A program made the position numbers and the translations under genes. Shown here piece by piece: positions 36,390 through 51,067 of a stretch of 60,730 bases of DNA. This DNA comes from Vezdaea acicularis (Eukaryota), in the NCBI GenBank assembly GCA_026025075.1, contig JAPEUI010000099.1, positions 1 through 60,730 of the forward strand. The letters run 5' to 3'. Numbering within the stretch: position 1 is the first letter of the stretch; every line of letters starts with the position of its first letter. The notes below the pieces were generated by a model. That model saw nothing but the letters and a program-made list of their open reading frames with translations. It was not told the DNA's origin and did not search any database.

Positions 36390-38330
36390 ATGGCTAAAAG
36401 AACGCTAGAAGACACCGATGGTACGGAGCAAGCTCATAAGAGGAAGAAGAAGCAAGGCCAGAAGGATAAGTCAACACAGCCTGAAACTTCCGAGACCGCT
36501 GGATCGGTCAAACCTGACCCCCCGGCCACTAGCCACGAGCAGAAACTTTCGAAAGAGGAACGCAAGGAACAGAAACGGTTGAAGAAGCTTCGCAAGCTTC
36601 AGGAGGAAGCAAGTACTGAGGGTACCGCTCAACCGACGCAATCCATTCCTCCCCCCGATGAGCGAGACAGGACGGGTTCGGAAAGGGGGCGGGAAGAGCG
36701 CAAAGAAAAGAAGCGATTGAAGAAACTCCAGAAGCTTCAAGAGGGAGTGGACGAGAAGAACGGCGTAGGAAAACTACACTCCCCCGACAGAAGTAAAGAT
36801 TTGGGTATGTCCAACGGGCACGGTAAGCAAGGTGCGAACTCGAGTGCGGTCTCAAAAGCAGTGCATAAGGAGAAAGGGTCGAAAGATACGACTGGAGGAG
36901 CGCATTCTATATCAAGTTACGTCCAGGATGGCGCTCTGACGAGCTTGCCCCAAGCCGAAATTGACTCATTCCTATCCTCAAACTTCATTACAATCGCTGA
37001 TCCTCTCTCAACTGAGTTGCGCCCAATCACGTCCTTCTCATACCTTCCCAAGATCAACAGCCTACATGATCCCTTCAAAGGCTTTACTAATCCTACGCCT
37101 ATCCAGGCAGCCGCATGGCCATTCCTTCTAGCGGGTCGGGACGTCGTTGGTGTGGCAGAAACTGGCTCCGGAAAGACGCTAGCATTTGCAGTACCATGCA
37201 TTCGATATATCACTTCGACCTTTCAGGGTAAAGATCTTAGAGGTGTCAAGGCGGTTATCGTGTCACCTACAAGAGAGCTTGCTTTGCAGATCCACGAGCA
37301 AGTCACAAGGCTAGCTGAGCCCGTAGGTCTTGATACCGTTTGCGTATATGGAGGGGTTTCCAAAGATGAGCAGCGGAGGAATTTAAAAACTGCTAGTATT
37401 GTCGTCGCTACACCGGGACGTCTAAACGATCTAATTAATGAGGGTGTGGCGGACCTTAGTAGGGTAGGCTATATGGTGTTAGATGAGGCGGATAGAATGC
37501 TCGACAAAGGTTTCGAAGAAGAAATCCGCAAAATCATTAACACTGCCCCTTCTAAGGAGTCGCGGCAGACATTGATGTTTACGGCTACCTGGCCGCCGTC
37601 TATTCGAGAGCTTGCTGCTACATTCATGAAATCCCCTGTAAAGATAGCGATTGGCGACAACCCAACGGGCGATCTTCGGGCCAATACACGGATCGAGCAG
37701 ATTGTCGAGGTGATAGACAGGTATGGCAAGGAACAGCGTTTGTTGCAGCTCCTTAAGCAACATCAAAGTGGCGCGCAAAAGAACGATCGTATCCTGGTAT
37801 TCTGTCTTTACAAGAAAGAGGCTACACGCGTAGAGGGTTTCCTTCGCATGAGAGGAATGAGGGTTGGTGGCATACACGGGGATCTGAACCAATCGCAGCG
37901 CACTGCTAGTCTGGATGCCTTTAAGAAGGGAAAAGTTCCACTGCTAGTCGCAACGGATGTAGCCGCGAGAGGTTTGGATATTCCCGCTGTGAAGTTGGTG
38001 ATCAATAATACATTCCCCTTAACTGTGGAGGATTATGTGCATCGCATCGGGAGGACCGGGAGAGCAGGGGCTGGTGGTATCGCCATTACCCTCTTCACCG
38101 AGGAAGACAAGGCACTATCTGGGCCGTAAGTATCCCTTGTAAGGACACAGTAGAGAATGCTGACTTCTTTTAGTTTGATCAATGTGCTGAAGGCTGCAAA
38201 TCAGCCTGTTCCAGAAGAGCTTCTCAAATTTGGCACGACCGTAAAGAAGAAGGGTCATGATGCATACGGCGCCTTTTTCAAGGACACAGGTCCCACCAAG
38301 GCGGCAACGAAAATCAAATTCAACGGCTGA
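36390..38330 (+). CDS. DBP3: DEAD-box RNA helicase Dbp3
   Basis: K/E-rich N-terminus, [21 protein letters not shown] motif [15 protein letters not shown] and [10 protein letters not shown]. After intron 38126-38173 the protein ends [19 protein letters not shown]...KIKFNG. Confidence 0.95.
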
Positions 38331-38350
38331 AGTCTGTGATGAGTCGAAAC

Positions 38351-40102
38351 TTAGCTAGACTCGACTTTGGGAGTATTGCCTTTAGCGAACAATAGTCTGT
38401 AGCACTGCATGAGGAAGTCGCGTTCAAAATAGAAACTATAGATCGTTAGACCTCAAATACATGGTATCAAAGTACAAGGGACACATACATCAGTAATAAG
38501 GTCGATCCAGCTATTGGAGTGCACTTCAATAAATCCCATGAGGTTCCATCGAACGTACGGCTGGTTCCTGACATTGTGGCGGTTGCTGCCCCTGCGGCCG
38601 CAAATGTTCCATAGCTAGGAATCATTCCCCAGAGATCCAGGTTTGCTCCCCTACTTTTCAGATGGGCTTTTATGAATCGCATACTCCAAGCGATCCTTAA
38701 TAGCATGTTACACGCGTTGGCAGCAACTATGCCTTGTGCTCCCCAACCCAGTACCTGCAGGAAGACGAAACCTGACGCAGCAAAAATTCCGCTAAAGACA
38801 AACATCCACAAAGACTGGATGCGGAGTTCGGCACTTGTAGCAACAGATGAAATGAATGCCTCAGTCACACCATTCAAAGCTAAAAGAGGTATATAGTAGC
38901 AATAGGATGCTAAAACAGCTCCAGCCCCATACTGTGTCCAACGTGAACCAAGTATGAGAGCGAGTAATGAAGGCGCAATGGTAGGTCCGATCGCAACTGC
39001 GATCGTACAAAATACAAGATAGAACCGAAGGAGGGTTGCAAGGGTGCTGGCGGCTATATCCATATTCTGCTTCTCCAACTTGGACGAGGAGAGAAGAGCG
39101 GAAAACAAATTACGGCTGCTCTCCTCTATTGGTTGAAAAAGCATACGTGCTACAAGTCCGCCATAGTTAGAAGCCACAGCATAGACTCCCTGGTCAGCGA
39201 GAGTTGAAAAGGTTGCCATTAGCAGGGCGTCCCCTTGGGTCAGTACGTGCTTGATTCCCGTCTGGATGTACAGGCTTGTCGCAAGAGAAAGGACAGGCCG
39301 GGACCAATATTTGAGAACATAAAGAGATGGATCCCTAATCGTTTAGCAAAAGCTGGCTGGGACTATTCGACAAATAGGCATACCTTGAGAACAGGGGCTG
39401 GGCAGATAGACTAAAGCCACCATACGCAGATATATTCCACAACCTCCAGTAGTAGACTACCAGCAAGATGAAGCTATACCCCATCTGCCCAAGAGCAAAC
39501 GGAAGCACCCCCAGGTCTTTCCCATTACGAGTCGCGTATATAGCAATTGCAGCTGTGAGGCCACATCTGACAATGGTGGCTGCGGACTCAGCCGCGGCGC
39601 GAATCTTGTAAAGCAGCTTCTGTTGAACAACTACGAAACATGGTTCCGTCAAGAGCTCCCAAAATGCTGCAACACCATACAGGTTAAGGGACTCGCGGAA
39701 GTAGGGAGTATCAAGAACTTCCGGCACTGTTGATAAAATGTACACCCGTCCCAGTCCATAGGCAAGCGGTAGGCCAAGGTATATTGAGAGGTAGGCGATG
39801 TTTACCACAGACTGGGTCCGTCCACCAGGAGTTTGGGAATCAATCAAGCCCTGTGGAACTTTCTCTTTAGGACTTTCGCTCTGTTGGACGGCCGGTTGGC
39901 GCTGTACAGCAATACGGAAGCTCTCGCGAGCAAAGTAAAGCACGGAGATAACGTATAGCTCGAGCTGCGTGGAAATACCGAGTAACGAAGGTGATAGAAA
40001 CCGTAATAAGACCTGATTGACACCAAAAGTTAAACCGCGAGAGAGAAACTGAAGAAGAATAAGGTAACTCGCGCCTGTGGCGGACGCGGATAGGGCAGAC
40101 AT
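38351..40102 (-). CDS. RFT1: Rft1 (Man5GlcNAc2-PP-dolichol translocation protein)
   Basis: [61 protein letters not shown] and [14 protein letters not shown]. Two introns; stop at 38353-38351. Confidence 0.93.
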
Positions 40103-40360
40103 CTAGATGTCTAATTGATGAAGTATAAGCGTTGCTCAAAGTATAGGGTTTGATTAGGCGGCGCATGGCTTGCATCTTGACCCCTGCAAGCCCGTATTGC
40201 ATCCCTGGATATCTGGTGCGGCTGCAACCTCGAGCTTCCCTCGCCCGCTTATTGGCTTGGCTCGGGGAGGATGTATCACCGTCCTCGTGAGCTTTCTCCA
40301 ACCTTCAAGATCGGACCATGAAATTTGTCTTCTTCCACGCAAGGCGGTTGACGACCCGCC

Positions 40361-43300
40361 ATGAGTTCAGGAGGACTGGTAGCTCCCTCATCACGTAGAG
40401 CTTCCCTAAGACCGAGCGTGAGATGTTCAAGTCACTATTGTTTGATATAGCTAATCTAAGGAAAATAGTTGCGTCAGGCCACCCTAATTCTACCTCGCAC
40501 TGGAGAACGAGTCAAACGACAAGTCACTCTTCGAGGGCCTGCTTTGAGTGACTGGGAAGTGGATGGGTCTAATGGTGACGAGACGCCTCTACTTGGTGAG
40601 CCCGTGCCGGGGCGGCCAAATAGCTTCAGAAGGGCACGGCACACTTTCCAGCGGCTCTTAGTCGATCATGCGAAGCGGTTCTGGGTATTCGCTACCTCAA
40701 AAACAGGGCAGGATATTCTAAAATGCAGCCTCGCATATTTTCTCGGGAGTTTGGCAACTATCGTGATTCCCATAGCTCGCCTTTTAGGTCGGCAAGATGG
40801 GAAACATGTCGTGGCTACAATTACAGTTTACTTTCACCCCGCGAGGTCTCAAGGTAGCATGCATGAAGCTACTATCTTAGCATTGATAGCTTTCCTTTAT
40901 TCGATGTTTCTCTCCGTCACAAGTATGGCGGTGTCGGTTTTCTTTAAAAACTGCGATTTATTGCCGTTGGGACATGCAATAGTTCTCATCGTATTCGTTG
41001 GGGGTGGATTGGGCTTGGTGGGCTGGCTAAAGCAGCGATTCAACGACCCTCTGGTCAATATTGCTTGCTCTTTGACTGCTCTTGCAACTATATCCATCCT
41101 CACGAAGGAAGGGGCTGTCCAGGCTGCAACATTCTCTGACGACAAGATTGCTCAGATAGCGAAGATGGTCCTGCTGGGTATTGTTATCACCAATTTTGTT
41201 TCTCTCACCTTCAGACCTGTTTCCGCAAGGAGAGAGCTTCGGTATACATGGTTTCCACTCAGTGCCGATGCATGCCACTAACATATTTTAGCAAATCCTT
41301 CATTAAGACTACAGACGCTTTCGGTGAAATGCTTGCTATCATTACAAGAAGCTTCTTGAACGGGTCTGAAGACGAGTTATCCCATGAGCCCTCCAAAGCA
41401 GCGTCTGAAAGGTACAGGACTGTCTTCGACGCTCTAACGAAAAACCTGCAAGAGGCAAAGCTGGAACATTATGCTCTTGGTACAGAAACGGAATATCACA
41501 TTGAGTCCAAGCTTGTGAAATGTATGCAAAGACTTGCACAGGATATTGGAGGACTCCGGAGCGCTGCAACGACGCAGTTCAGCCTATTAGCGAACAAGAC
41601 GGACAAAGATTCAATATCATCTATCACGTCAAGTCACGACTCGGTGACTCCTACTCCACCACAGGTTATATCGCCCTTGGTGTCCCCCAGTCGGACTTTC
41701 CCGCGTTTATCCGCAATCGACGAAGTCCCGGAAGAACTGGTCGGATATGAGAGCGATGAACAGGGTCGATCGGCTGGAGAAACCCCTCCACGCCGTTCTA
41801 AAGAGTACAGTGAGAATAGTGATGCTGCATCAACGTTGCAAAGCCATAGAACCGAGTTCTCTTCTCTCCCAAGTGCCGCCTCTTCGGCGGAAATCTTTGC
41901 TAGGTTTATCAAATACCTTGGACCTTCCATGAAGTCTTTGACATACACCTTAAGAGAGATCCTAGATGAGCTGCCATTCAGTTCAGGGCCAGATTCTCAT
42001 GTTGCTTTCAACAGTCACTTCAGCAGCAGCCTCGATGAGGCCACCGAGCTGTACAGTAAGGCACGCTGCGAGGCCCTCAAGCTAATTTATAGAAGCAAAG
42101 ATCTTCAGAAGACGCGATCCGCCGAGATTGAGGCCGACTACGAAGAAGTTGCTGCCAGCTGCGGGCATTTTAGCTTTTCTCTGTTAGACTTTGCGGGGGA
42201 AATGAAGATATATCTAGGCATATTAGAAGAATTAGCCGCAGAGATTGACAGGACCCCCCGGCGCCGATCGTGGCGATGGCTACATTTCTGGCATCGGGAA
42301 CCAAACAAAGATAACCAGGCTAAATACGATAGCAATGAAAATGCTGCTCTCCAAACCAGTTTACTTGAAGAAGCCATGGGAGGCCAGCTCCCTCGCGACA
42401 TCGTCATTCCGTTGAAACGACGAGCCAGCGTCGTGACCTTCGAGGCAACACGTAAACAGACCATCTTCTTTCGGCTTTATGAGGCCTTTCGAGATTTTCG
42501 CCGAGATGATGTAAAGTACGCGATCAAAGTCGGCGTTGGAGCGGCTTTATACGCCCTTCCGTCTTTTCTATCGGCTACAAGGCCTTTCTATTCGCACTGG
42601 CGAGGCGAATGGGGTCTATTATCTTATATGTTGGTTTGCTCCATGACCGTCGGTGCATCTAACACTACTGGGTATCAACGATTCATGGGCACGTGCATGG
42701 GTGCGGTGTGCGCAATTGCCGCATGGTCAATATCGCAAGGTAATCCTTATGTCTTAGCTACGCTAGGATGGATTATGTCCCTAGCAGGCTTTTATGTCAT
42801 TTTAGCCCAGGGAAAGGGGCCTATGGGTCGGTTTATTCTATTAACTTACAATCTCTCTGTACTTTACGCATACTCGCTCTCTGTGCAGGACGACGACAAT
42901 GATGATGACGAGGTTAGTTGAACCCTACAGCCTCAGACAACGAAAATATGGCCCCTTTGTAAGACTACTAGCCATCTTACTAAACTATGCTTCAGGGGGG
43001 CACAGAACCTTTAATCTTCGAGATTACGCGTATGTATTATTTACAGAGTCGAATCCTCCCATACTTACAATATGCAGTCCATAGAGTCACAGCCGTTCTC
43101 TCGGGATGTATTTGGGGCTTATTGATTACACGGGTAATGTAAGTATCTCTCTTGTACCTTGTGCTAGCCTCTCTATATTAACCCAGTTTCGCATCGAGCT
43201 TGGCTTTCCTTCCATCGATTGCGTATATCAAAAGAAAATAGCTAATTCCAGATAGTTGGCGGATCAGCGCTCGTCGTAAGATTAAAGACGGCCTCAGCCT

Positions 43301-44072
43301 CTTATGGCTACGGATGGGTCTGATCTGGAAAAGAGACCCACTCTCTACACTTTTAGAGTGAGTCGGCCCCCCATCGTTGATAGCTCAGATGACTTATGCG
43401 TGCAAGGGGCGAATCTCCCAATACATACATGAACCTTCGGGAAGAACTCGAATTACAATGGTTTCTGACGCGGCTAGACAGTCTTCGTAAGTCAGCTGCT
43501 TCCGAATTTGAGTTCAGGGGGCCCTTTCCCTCCGTCGAATTCGGGGAAATCTTGGAAAGTACTGGCAGGATGCTCGACGCGTTTCATTCTATGAATGTTA
43601 TCATTCTCAAGGACCTTAATGCTTCAAGGGGGGAAGTAGACATACTGAGATACACGGAGCGAGAGCGTGGCCAACTTTGTGCACGGATCAGTCATTTATT
43701 CCAAGGTAAACTAGTCGACGCAACCAAGTTGCTCTGTGTCTAACCATAATAGTGCTTGCATCTTCGATGAAGCTCGAATATCCCTTAAATGACGCTCTTC
43801 CAAATACAGACCATGCTCGCGATCGCCTGTTGACGAAAATCTTCGCTTTCCGAAAGCGCTCTCAATTCTCGCCAATTCCTGATGAAGATTACGCTCTTCT
43901 TTATGCTTATGGTATGTTGCAATTGCTCAGTATTTCCCTTTAATGATACAACCATCTCACTTTTGATATAGCTTTAGTGACAGGCTTGATTTCCGATGAG
44001 ATTGCGAATGTCAGTATGAAAATAGAACGATTGTTTGGCATATTCGATGAAGACATGTTGAAGCTACAATAG
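40361..44072 (+). CDS. Putative ER transporter, FUSC-like / aromatic acid exporter (ArAE) family
   Basis: LKCSLAYFLGS, ATITVYFHPARS, KYAIKVGVGA, WRGEWGLLSY, RFMGTCMGA, GRFILLTYN and EFRGPFP. About 8 introns including short exons; the protein ends DEDMLKLQ*. Confidence 0.8.
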
Positions 44073-44682
44073 ACATGTCTCCGGAACTTACTCAATCAAA
44101 GAGCACAAAAATAATGAAAGCGTCGTGAGAAAATCAAAATTGCACTTCCTTATCACTAGAATATCGCTATCAGTGAAGGAGTCCTAATAGAGAGGACAGA
44201 CGGGAGAACCGAAGCTGCATTTGGCGGTAGTATTTGCTAGGGAGTGTTTGTGCCTAGCATTCAGGGGCTTAAAGAGGTGTTCTTGCGCTTAAACATCGCA
44301 TTTGCTTGTACTACCATGGCTTTGACCTATCCAGCATGATGTGTTATTGAATGAAATCCACACCCGTGTTATGTTTACGAAGAGCACTATAAGTAGACCT
44401 ACACGCTCTTGAGACAATCCGCAAAATGTTGTGGACCAAAATTGTTAGCATCTGACTATCGCGCAAATTGTAGCAGAACTACGGCAGTTCCCGAAAGGTG
44501 GGATCCGCAACGTCAGTTGTGACCCGTCAACATATATTCTCAGCCTGGCCATCAACCCATCTCTAAACCCCCCTCCCATCTATTTCACCAAATTCTCAAA
44601 CCTTACGGTGCTCGGAAGAGGTCCATAGAGCCCGCAGAGCGACCTAGGCGTTGCCGGGCGCATTCCCGCCCACCGAGCGACG

Positions 44683-46111
44683 ATGCCTGACATTGATCCT
44701 GCGGCTTTGAGCCGCAATGGTCCCGGACCAAGCACAACGATTGCGCCGACGTCTATCACCAAGTCTATCGTAACTTCGTCAGCCCCACCAACCCGGAAGG
44801 AAAGCAAGACGCACTCGATGGTTGCAAGGATAGACTTGGAGCCTCTATATACAGCATTGAAAGCAGGGGTTGGCGAGCAGTGGGGAGTCTACAAGGAGAG
44901 CATAACACTGTTCATGTTAGGTAAGTACAAGAATGGGGTTCAATCTTACATGTTATTCCTGAACTGGTCAATGACGGCACTGGGCACATGTGAAAATTAG
45001 ACTAACAAACGCTCGCATCAGGCCAATTCAATCAGGAGGAACTCAACACACGTCTTGCGACAATCGTCACTGATGCTCAAACAGCCCATTTGCATAATCA
45101 GCTCGTATCAGCTATCTATGGTAATGTAACTCGAGAGCTTCCAGAGCAGGGTGTTGCAACCTGGGTCAGCGCAAATGATAAGCCGACTACAGTCTCAAAG
45201 CCTGTAAGTGGGGACGCTGCTGAGCAGCGCCTCAAAACCGAGATAATGCAGTTGCCAGCGCGGGATCGCCGGCGTATTAAAGAGACTGGACGAGAGCTCG
45301 GCGATATTGGAGACCCGTATGACTTCTACTCTGGGTTATTGATTGATGAGAGGCGCGCAAAAGATATAAAATTGCCAGACGTGGTGCCTGCTAGTGCAGG
45401 CGGTCTGAGCAAGACGAGTAAGTACTAGTCCAGGCACTGCTTAGTCTCAATACTTAACATAACGTAGATTGGGAATTGGAGATTCGGAAACGTTATATGC
45501 AACCTCTTAGTTCGGAGACGGGAGAACTTCCATCAGCGGCCACAATCAAGGAGCGAATCGTGCCAATATGCTATGAAGAGGGAGTTGTCTCTGGTCCCTC
45601 CTTAACAGTCCCTCACTTCCTATCCGTTGCGACTTCTACCTATATCAAAGAAGTTCTCTCCTCAGTCTTCTCCCGAACAAGATCGAATGGGCCTAACTAT
45701 ATATCAACAAACAAATACAAACGTCAGCTTGAGCGAGAAGAAGAGCTCTGGCTCAGAGAAGAGATTGCCCGCAGTAGCGGGGGACTGCTTCCAGTTGAGC
45801 AGAAAGCGGCAGCTGAGAGGGATCCTTTAGCAATGGCAGATATGCGCATCGCGGTGGAGATGGGTGAACCTTGGCTGGGAAGTATGCCTTTAACGGTGCA
45901 CAACATCATCACAAGCTACCTAGGAGACGATGACACTCTAGAAGGAGAGGCTAATGATGAACGTGCCAATGGCACTGAGAGAAAAAATAGTGATATAAGA
46001 ATGGAGAACAGCGACGCCAGTGATTCTGCATACGGCTGGGAAGGTGGTGCGCAAGCTGATCGAGACATGCTGGACAGTCTCCTGGATGACTGTCTCGCTG
46101 TTGGGCAATGA
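44683..46111 (+). CDS. ADA1: SAGA complex subunit Ada1/Hfi1 (SAGA-Tad1)
   Basis: [41 protein letters not shown] and [10 protein letters not shown]...PICYEEG, with two introns. Confidence 0.85.
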
Positions 46112-46541
46112 ATGAAGTACGTTCTTCTCATTTCAGGGTATTGAATATCATGAAAAATGCATCGGGCGGAGCGTCGAAATAGCATTGGGACGGTGGGAAC
46201 TGATTGGGCATTTCTGGTGTATTCATTTTATGGGGAGAGCCATGGGATATGTGCTGGGGTCTGCATTCAGGGTGGCTAGATAATGTGTCTGTTAGATACC
46301 CATTGAATGTGCTTTATCAATCAAAGCTGAACCAGCAGTGCTATGGTTCCGGGACGTGATTTTTCATTCGTCATAGTCGGATGTGGGTAAATGGAGTGAA
46401 CATAGTGACAGCCATGGCAAGCTATATTAAATGATGGTGTGCGCGAAGTGAGCGTGCATGAGATAGCTAGTAGCCCAGCCATGTGTGGTCGGATCTATAC
46501 AGATTCGTGAACCCTATGGTACATGAATTACTAACGCGACA

Positions 46542-49415
46542 TTACCCCAATCGAGTCGCCACCAATTTCAATATCTCCTCAACATTCTTTTTCGCATTAC
46601 GTGGGTCCTTGGCAACGCTCTGCCAGATCTCACCATGCCTTGGTTCGCTGACAACGCATTTCGAAATAACGTCCTCCCGTTTCTCCTGGTGAAAATCAGT
46701 ATCATCACATCTGCCATCATCAAGTCGATACCTTACCTCTGTCCCATGCTGATACAAGAATTTTAAATACCAAGCCCAAGTGTCACCGCAATCGGAATCA
46801 AGAAGGATCGCCTTTTCGAACCATGAAATCGCCTTCTCCAGTTGCCTATTAGCCCAGAAGAGCCGTGCCGCCGTAACGTAAAGAATCGGATCGCTGTCAT
46901 TCTTCCGGATCGCTTCCAAGATCCGCTGCTTGCGCTTTGTCCTGTCTTCAAGATACCAAATGCTCTCGGTCCACAGTAAACCTGAATCGGGAATCTCTTG
47001 TAGTGCTTTAGCCATCAGGTTTCGTGCTTGAGCCATTTTGCCGTCCCGCCGTTCTACACGCACACTCTCCACCCATAGCTGGGCGTTCTTGGGATGCTTG
47101 AGCCGGGCCCGGTCGAGGACACTACGCGCTTTGACAACCATCCTTTGCTTTTCTTCAAGACGAGAAGCAAGAAGCCAGAGAGGTATCGAGTTTGGACATT
47201 CACGAGTCCCTCTGCCGAAAGCCTCGCGAGCCTGTGCAGTTTTGTTCTCAAGTTCGTATATCTGGCCTTTCATCATCCATAGTTTATCCGCCTTAGGGAA
47301 AAGCTCCAAGCCCTGGTTAACGAGGTCCAGAGCAGCTTCGATATTACCTAGCTGTCTTTCGTACGATGCACTCTTAATCCAAACGCGATCTGTGCCTGCC
47401 TCTTTCCGTGCCTCAGCCAATAGCTCTCGCGCTTTTTCGGTCTCGTCGTTATCTGCTTCAAGTTTGACAGCTGCAAGCCAGATGTTCTCGTTATTAGGGT
47501 TCTGCATAAAGGCTTTACCAAGCACAATACGAGCATTGTCCATCTCTCCAGCCTGCCACTTCTCCTTGGCCAACATCATCCACAACCTTTCACTCTGAGG
47601 ACAAGCTTCTACCGCCTTCTCGAGGAGTGGCCAGAGACCCTCTTTAGTTCCATGGTTCTTTTCAAGGTCAGCAGCCGCAAGCCAGATTGACTGCTTGTTG
47701 ATAAATACGCGAAGTGCGTATGCGTATATCGCTCGAGCAGTTCCGTACCGACCTCGACTTATACTAGCTTTTGCATCCTCCATCCAGATCTCCTTTCTGT
47801 CGTCGTCTTCATCAAGACCCCACCCTAGTGTCTCGCGTACAATAGCACCACATGTTAAGATAGCACCCTCTTCCTCGCACTTCTCTGCCTCGGTGATCCA
47901 TTCTTCGCGCTTCAGCATTGCTGACTCCTTGGCTAGGGCTTGAACTGCACGCTTCATGACGTTAATCTTGTCGGCGTTCCCCATCTGTTCTTGCAACCGA
48001 GCCGCTGCTATCCAGATTTCATGGCTAGTAGGGATGGCTTTCCGTGCTTTGTTAAGGACTTTCTGGGCATTCTCAAAACTTTCAAGACGTGCCAGAGCAA
48101 GCCACAGCTCAACAGACAGGGGTATTAGTTCTGTGGCTTTGGCTAGAAGTAGTCGAGCATCGTCAGGGTTCTCTTCCAGATTAACTGCTTCTTTCCACAA
48201 CACTACAGATTGAGGAATATGATCGAGAGCTAGTCGAATAACCCGCTTCTTAGCCCGCTGGTCATTCTCCAGTTTCATGGCCTCGATCCATAGGGATACC
48301 GAATGGTCGATATTCTTGATGGCGCTTGCAGCAATGATCTTAGCGTTGTGCGTATCATTCAGTCGGATGTTTTCTAGCCAGGCGTCTTCGCTCTTTGGGC
48401 AGTATTCGCACCCACGAGCTATGACGTTCCTCGCTGCGACGATCTTTCCTGCAAATTCTTCCAATCGAGCCGCTGCAATCCAGCCGGGTGCGTGCTTTGG
48501 GTTCGTTTTAATGACAGACTCTAGTAATACGCGGACACGCTTGACATCCCCCACTGCCACCTCACCAGCCTTTAACTCTGACTTGGAAAGACTGGTAAGA
48601 TAGCCCTTCGGATCAATGTTTGTAGCAGTTCCAGCTACGGAATCGGTTCCTTGAGCAGCCTGATCTAGCCGCACCTGTAGCACTTTGTCTCGAGCAGCTC
48701 CAATGTCGGCAAAATTTGTCATGGTGCCATCCGCAGTGTCTTCTGATACAGTAGTGTCAAACTGCGTGGAGTCTCGAGCTCCAGCAATTACGCTGTCTGG
48801 TACTGCATAAAACCGTTGACGTAAAGTCTGCTTAGTGCGCCTATTCTTGCCAGTAAGGTCCCCAACCTCTGGTAAGTTTGCCCACTCATCGTCGGTCACG
48901 GTTGTGAGCGCTCGTTTGAGGTCGACGAATGTTTGCTGAATCTTCGGGTTTTTTCGCTCGTACTCTTCTCGTTCTTGCTTTTCACGGGCTTCCCTGGGAA
49001 GATGTCGGTATGCTGCCCAATTGGATAAACCATTTGCAATATGGAGGGACGGGGGAACAAACCTTCTAATTTTCCTCCTCCTGTCCATGCGCTCATCTAC
49101 TTCCTGGTATATCCTATCCGCCTCGTCGTCGTCCTTGTCATATGCGCCGCTAGCAAACAGCCCAACTTCATTCTCAGGATCTTGGAATCTCTCATCATCC
49201 TCTTCTTCTTCCTTCTTAGCTCCATAAGCTGTCGGAGGTGCAGCACCGAGAGCCTGAGCGCGTTTCGCAAGGGCTTCTTTGATCTGGTCTTCGCTAGGGC
49301 CCTCTCTGCCAGGACCTAGATCCGAACGTGTGATGAACCCGGTCGCGCCTCTTCCGAGACCTGCAACATAGTTCTCCGGCGCTTGCTGATTCAAAAAGTC
49401 CTTCCGCCCAGACAT
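46542..49415 (-). CDS. PRP6: Pre-mRNA splicing factor Prp6 (HAT repeats)
   Basis: MSGRKDFLNQQAPENYVAGLGRGATGFITRSDLGP, TNPKHAPGWIAAARLEE, HAT repeats and EPRHGEIWQ. Two in-frame introns at 49062-48994 and 46736-46686. Confidence 0.97.
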   Translation of the reverse strand: MSGRKDFLNQQAPENYVAGLGRGATGFITRSDLGPGREGPSEDQIKEALAKRAQALGAAPPTAYGAKKEEEEDDERFQDPENEVGLFASGAYDKDDDEADRIYQEVDERMDRRRKIRRFVPPSLHIANGLSNWAAYRHLPREAREKQEREEYERKNPKIQQTFVDLKRALTTVTDDEWANLPEVGDLTGKNRRTKQTLRQRFYAVPDSVIAGARDSTQFDTTVSEDTADGTMTNFADIGAARDKVLQVRLDQAAQGTDSVAGTATNIDPKGYLTSLSKSELKAGEVAVGDVKRVRVLLESVIKTNPKHAPGWIAAARLEEFAGKIVAARNVIARGCEYCPKSEDAWLENIRLNDTHNAKIIAASAIKNIDHSVSLWIEAMKLENDQRAKKRVIRLALDHIPQSVVLWKEAVNLEENPDDARLLLAKATELIPLSVELWLALARLESFENAQKVLNKARKAIPTSHEIWIAAARLQEQMGNADKINVMKRAVQALAKESAMLKREEWITEAEKCEEEGAILTCGAIVRETLGWGLDEDDDRKEIWMEDAKASISRGRYGTARAIYAYALRVFINKQSIWLAAADLEKNHGTKEGLWPLLEKAVEACPQSERLWMMLAKEKWQAGEMDNARIVLGKAFMQNPNNENIWLAAVKLEADNDETEKARELLAEARKEAGTDRVWIKSASYERQLGNIEAALDLVNQGLELFPKADKLWMMKGQIYELENKTAQAREAFGRGTRECPNSIPLWLLASRLEEKQRMVVKARSVLDRARLKHPKNAQLWVESVRVERRDGKMAQARNLMAKALQEIPDSGLLWTESIWYLEDRTKRKQRILEAIRKNDSDPILYVTAARLFWANRQLEKAISWFEKAILLDSDCGDTWAWYLKFLYQHGTEVRYRLDDGRCDDTDFHQEKREDVISKCVVSEPRHGEIWQSVAKDPRNAKKNVEEILKLVATRLG

Positions 49416-49661
49416 TTTCTCGTTATAGTGTGCTGTGAGAAACCTCAGGGTGGGAGGCTTGAAAGTGTCCAGGAGCGGCAAATCAACGGGCTTCATGAGC
49501 TCTGAAATTTAGGCGAATCATTGCCTGCCGCCCACAAGGATCTCGAACCACTAGTTGCCTTCCTTCCCCACGCAGAAAAGATCTACCTTTCTAATATCTG
49601 GAGGAGCTGTATAGGGTCATTTTGCAATCGAGAAAGCTTTCACACGGTCGTGTCACTCATC

Positions 49662-50849
<1,188 letters not shown>

Positions 50850-51067
50850 GCTTGAAAGCTTGAAACCATAGTGCAGTCCAGCCTAGCGTCAAGTGGTCCG
50901 TATGCGCAGTGGCCAGGGGCACTGGCGCCTGATTTGGTGCCTATTTCGCGTTTGCCCCAGCTTTCGCGAAGCCCGAGTGCCCCGCCAGAACCCTGCAACA
51001 AATAAAAGTCTAGCATTACCATCTGTTTATTCCACAAAATCTTTCAGTGGGTTTTGTTACTTGAAGG

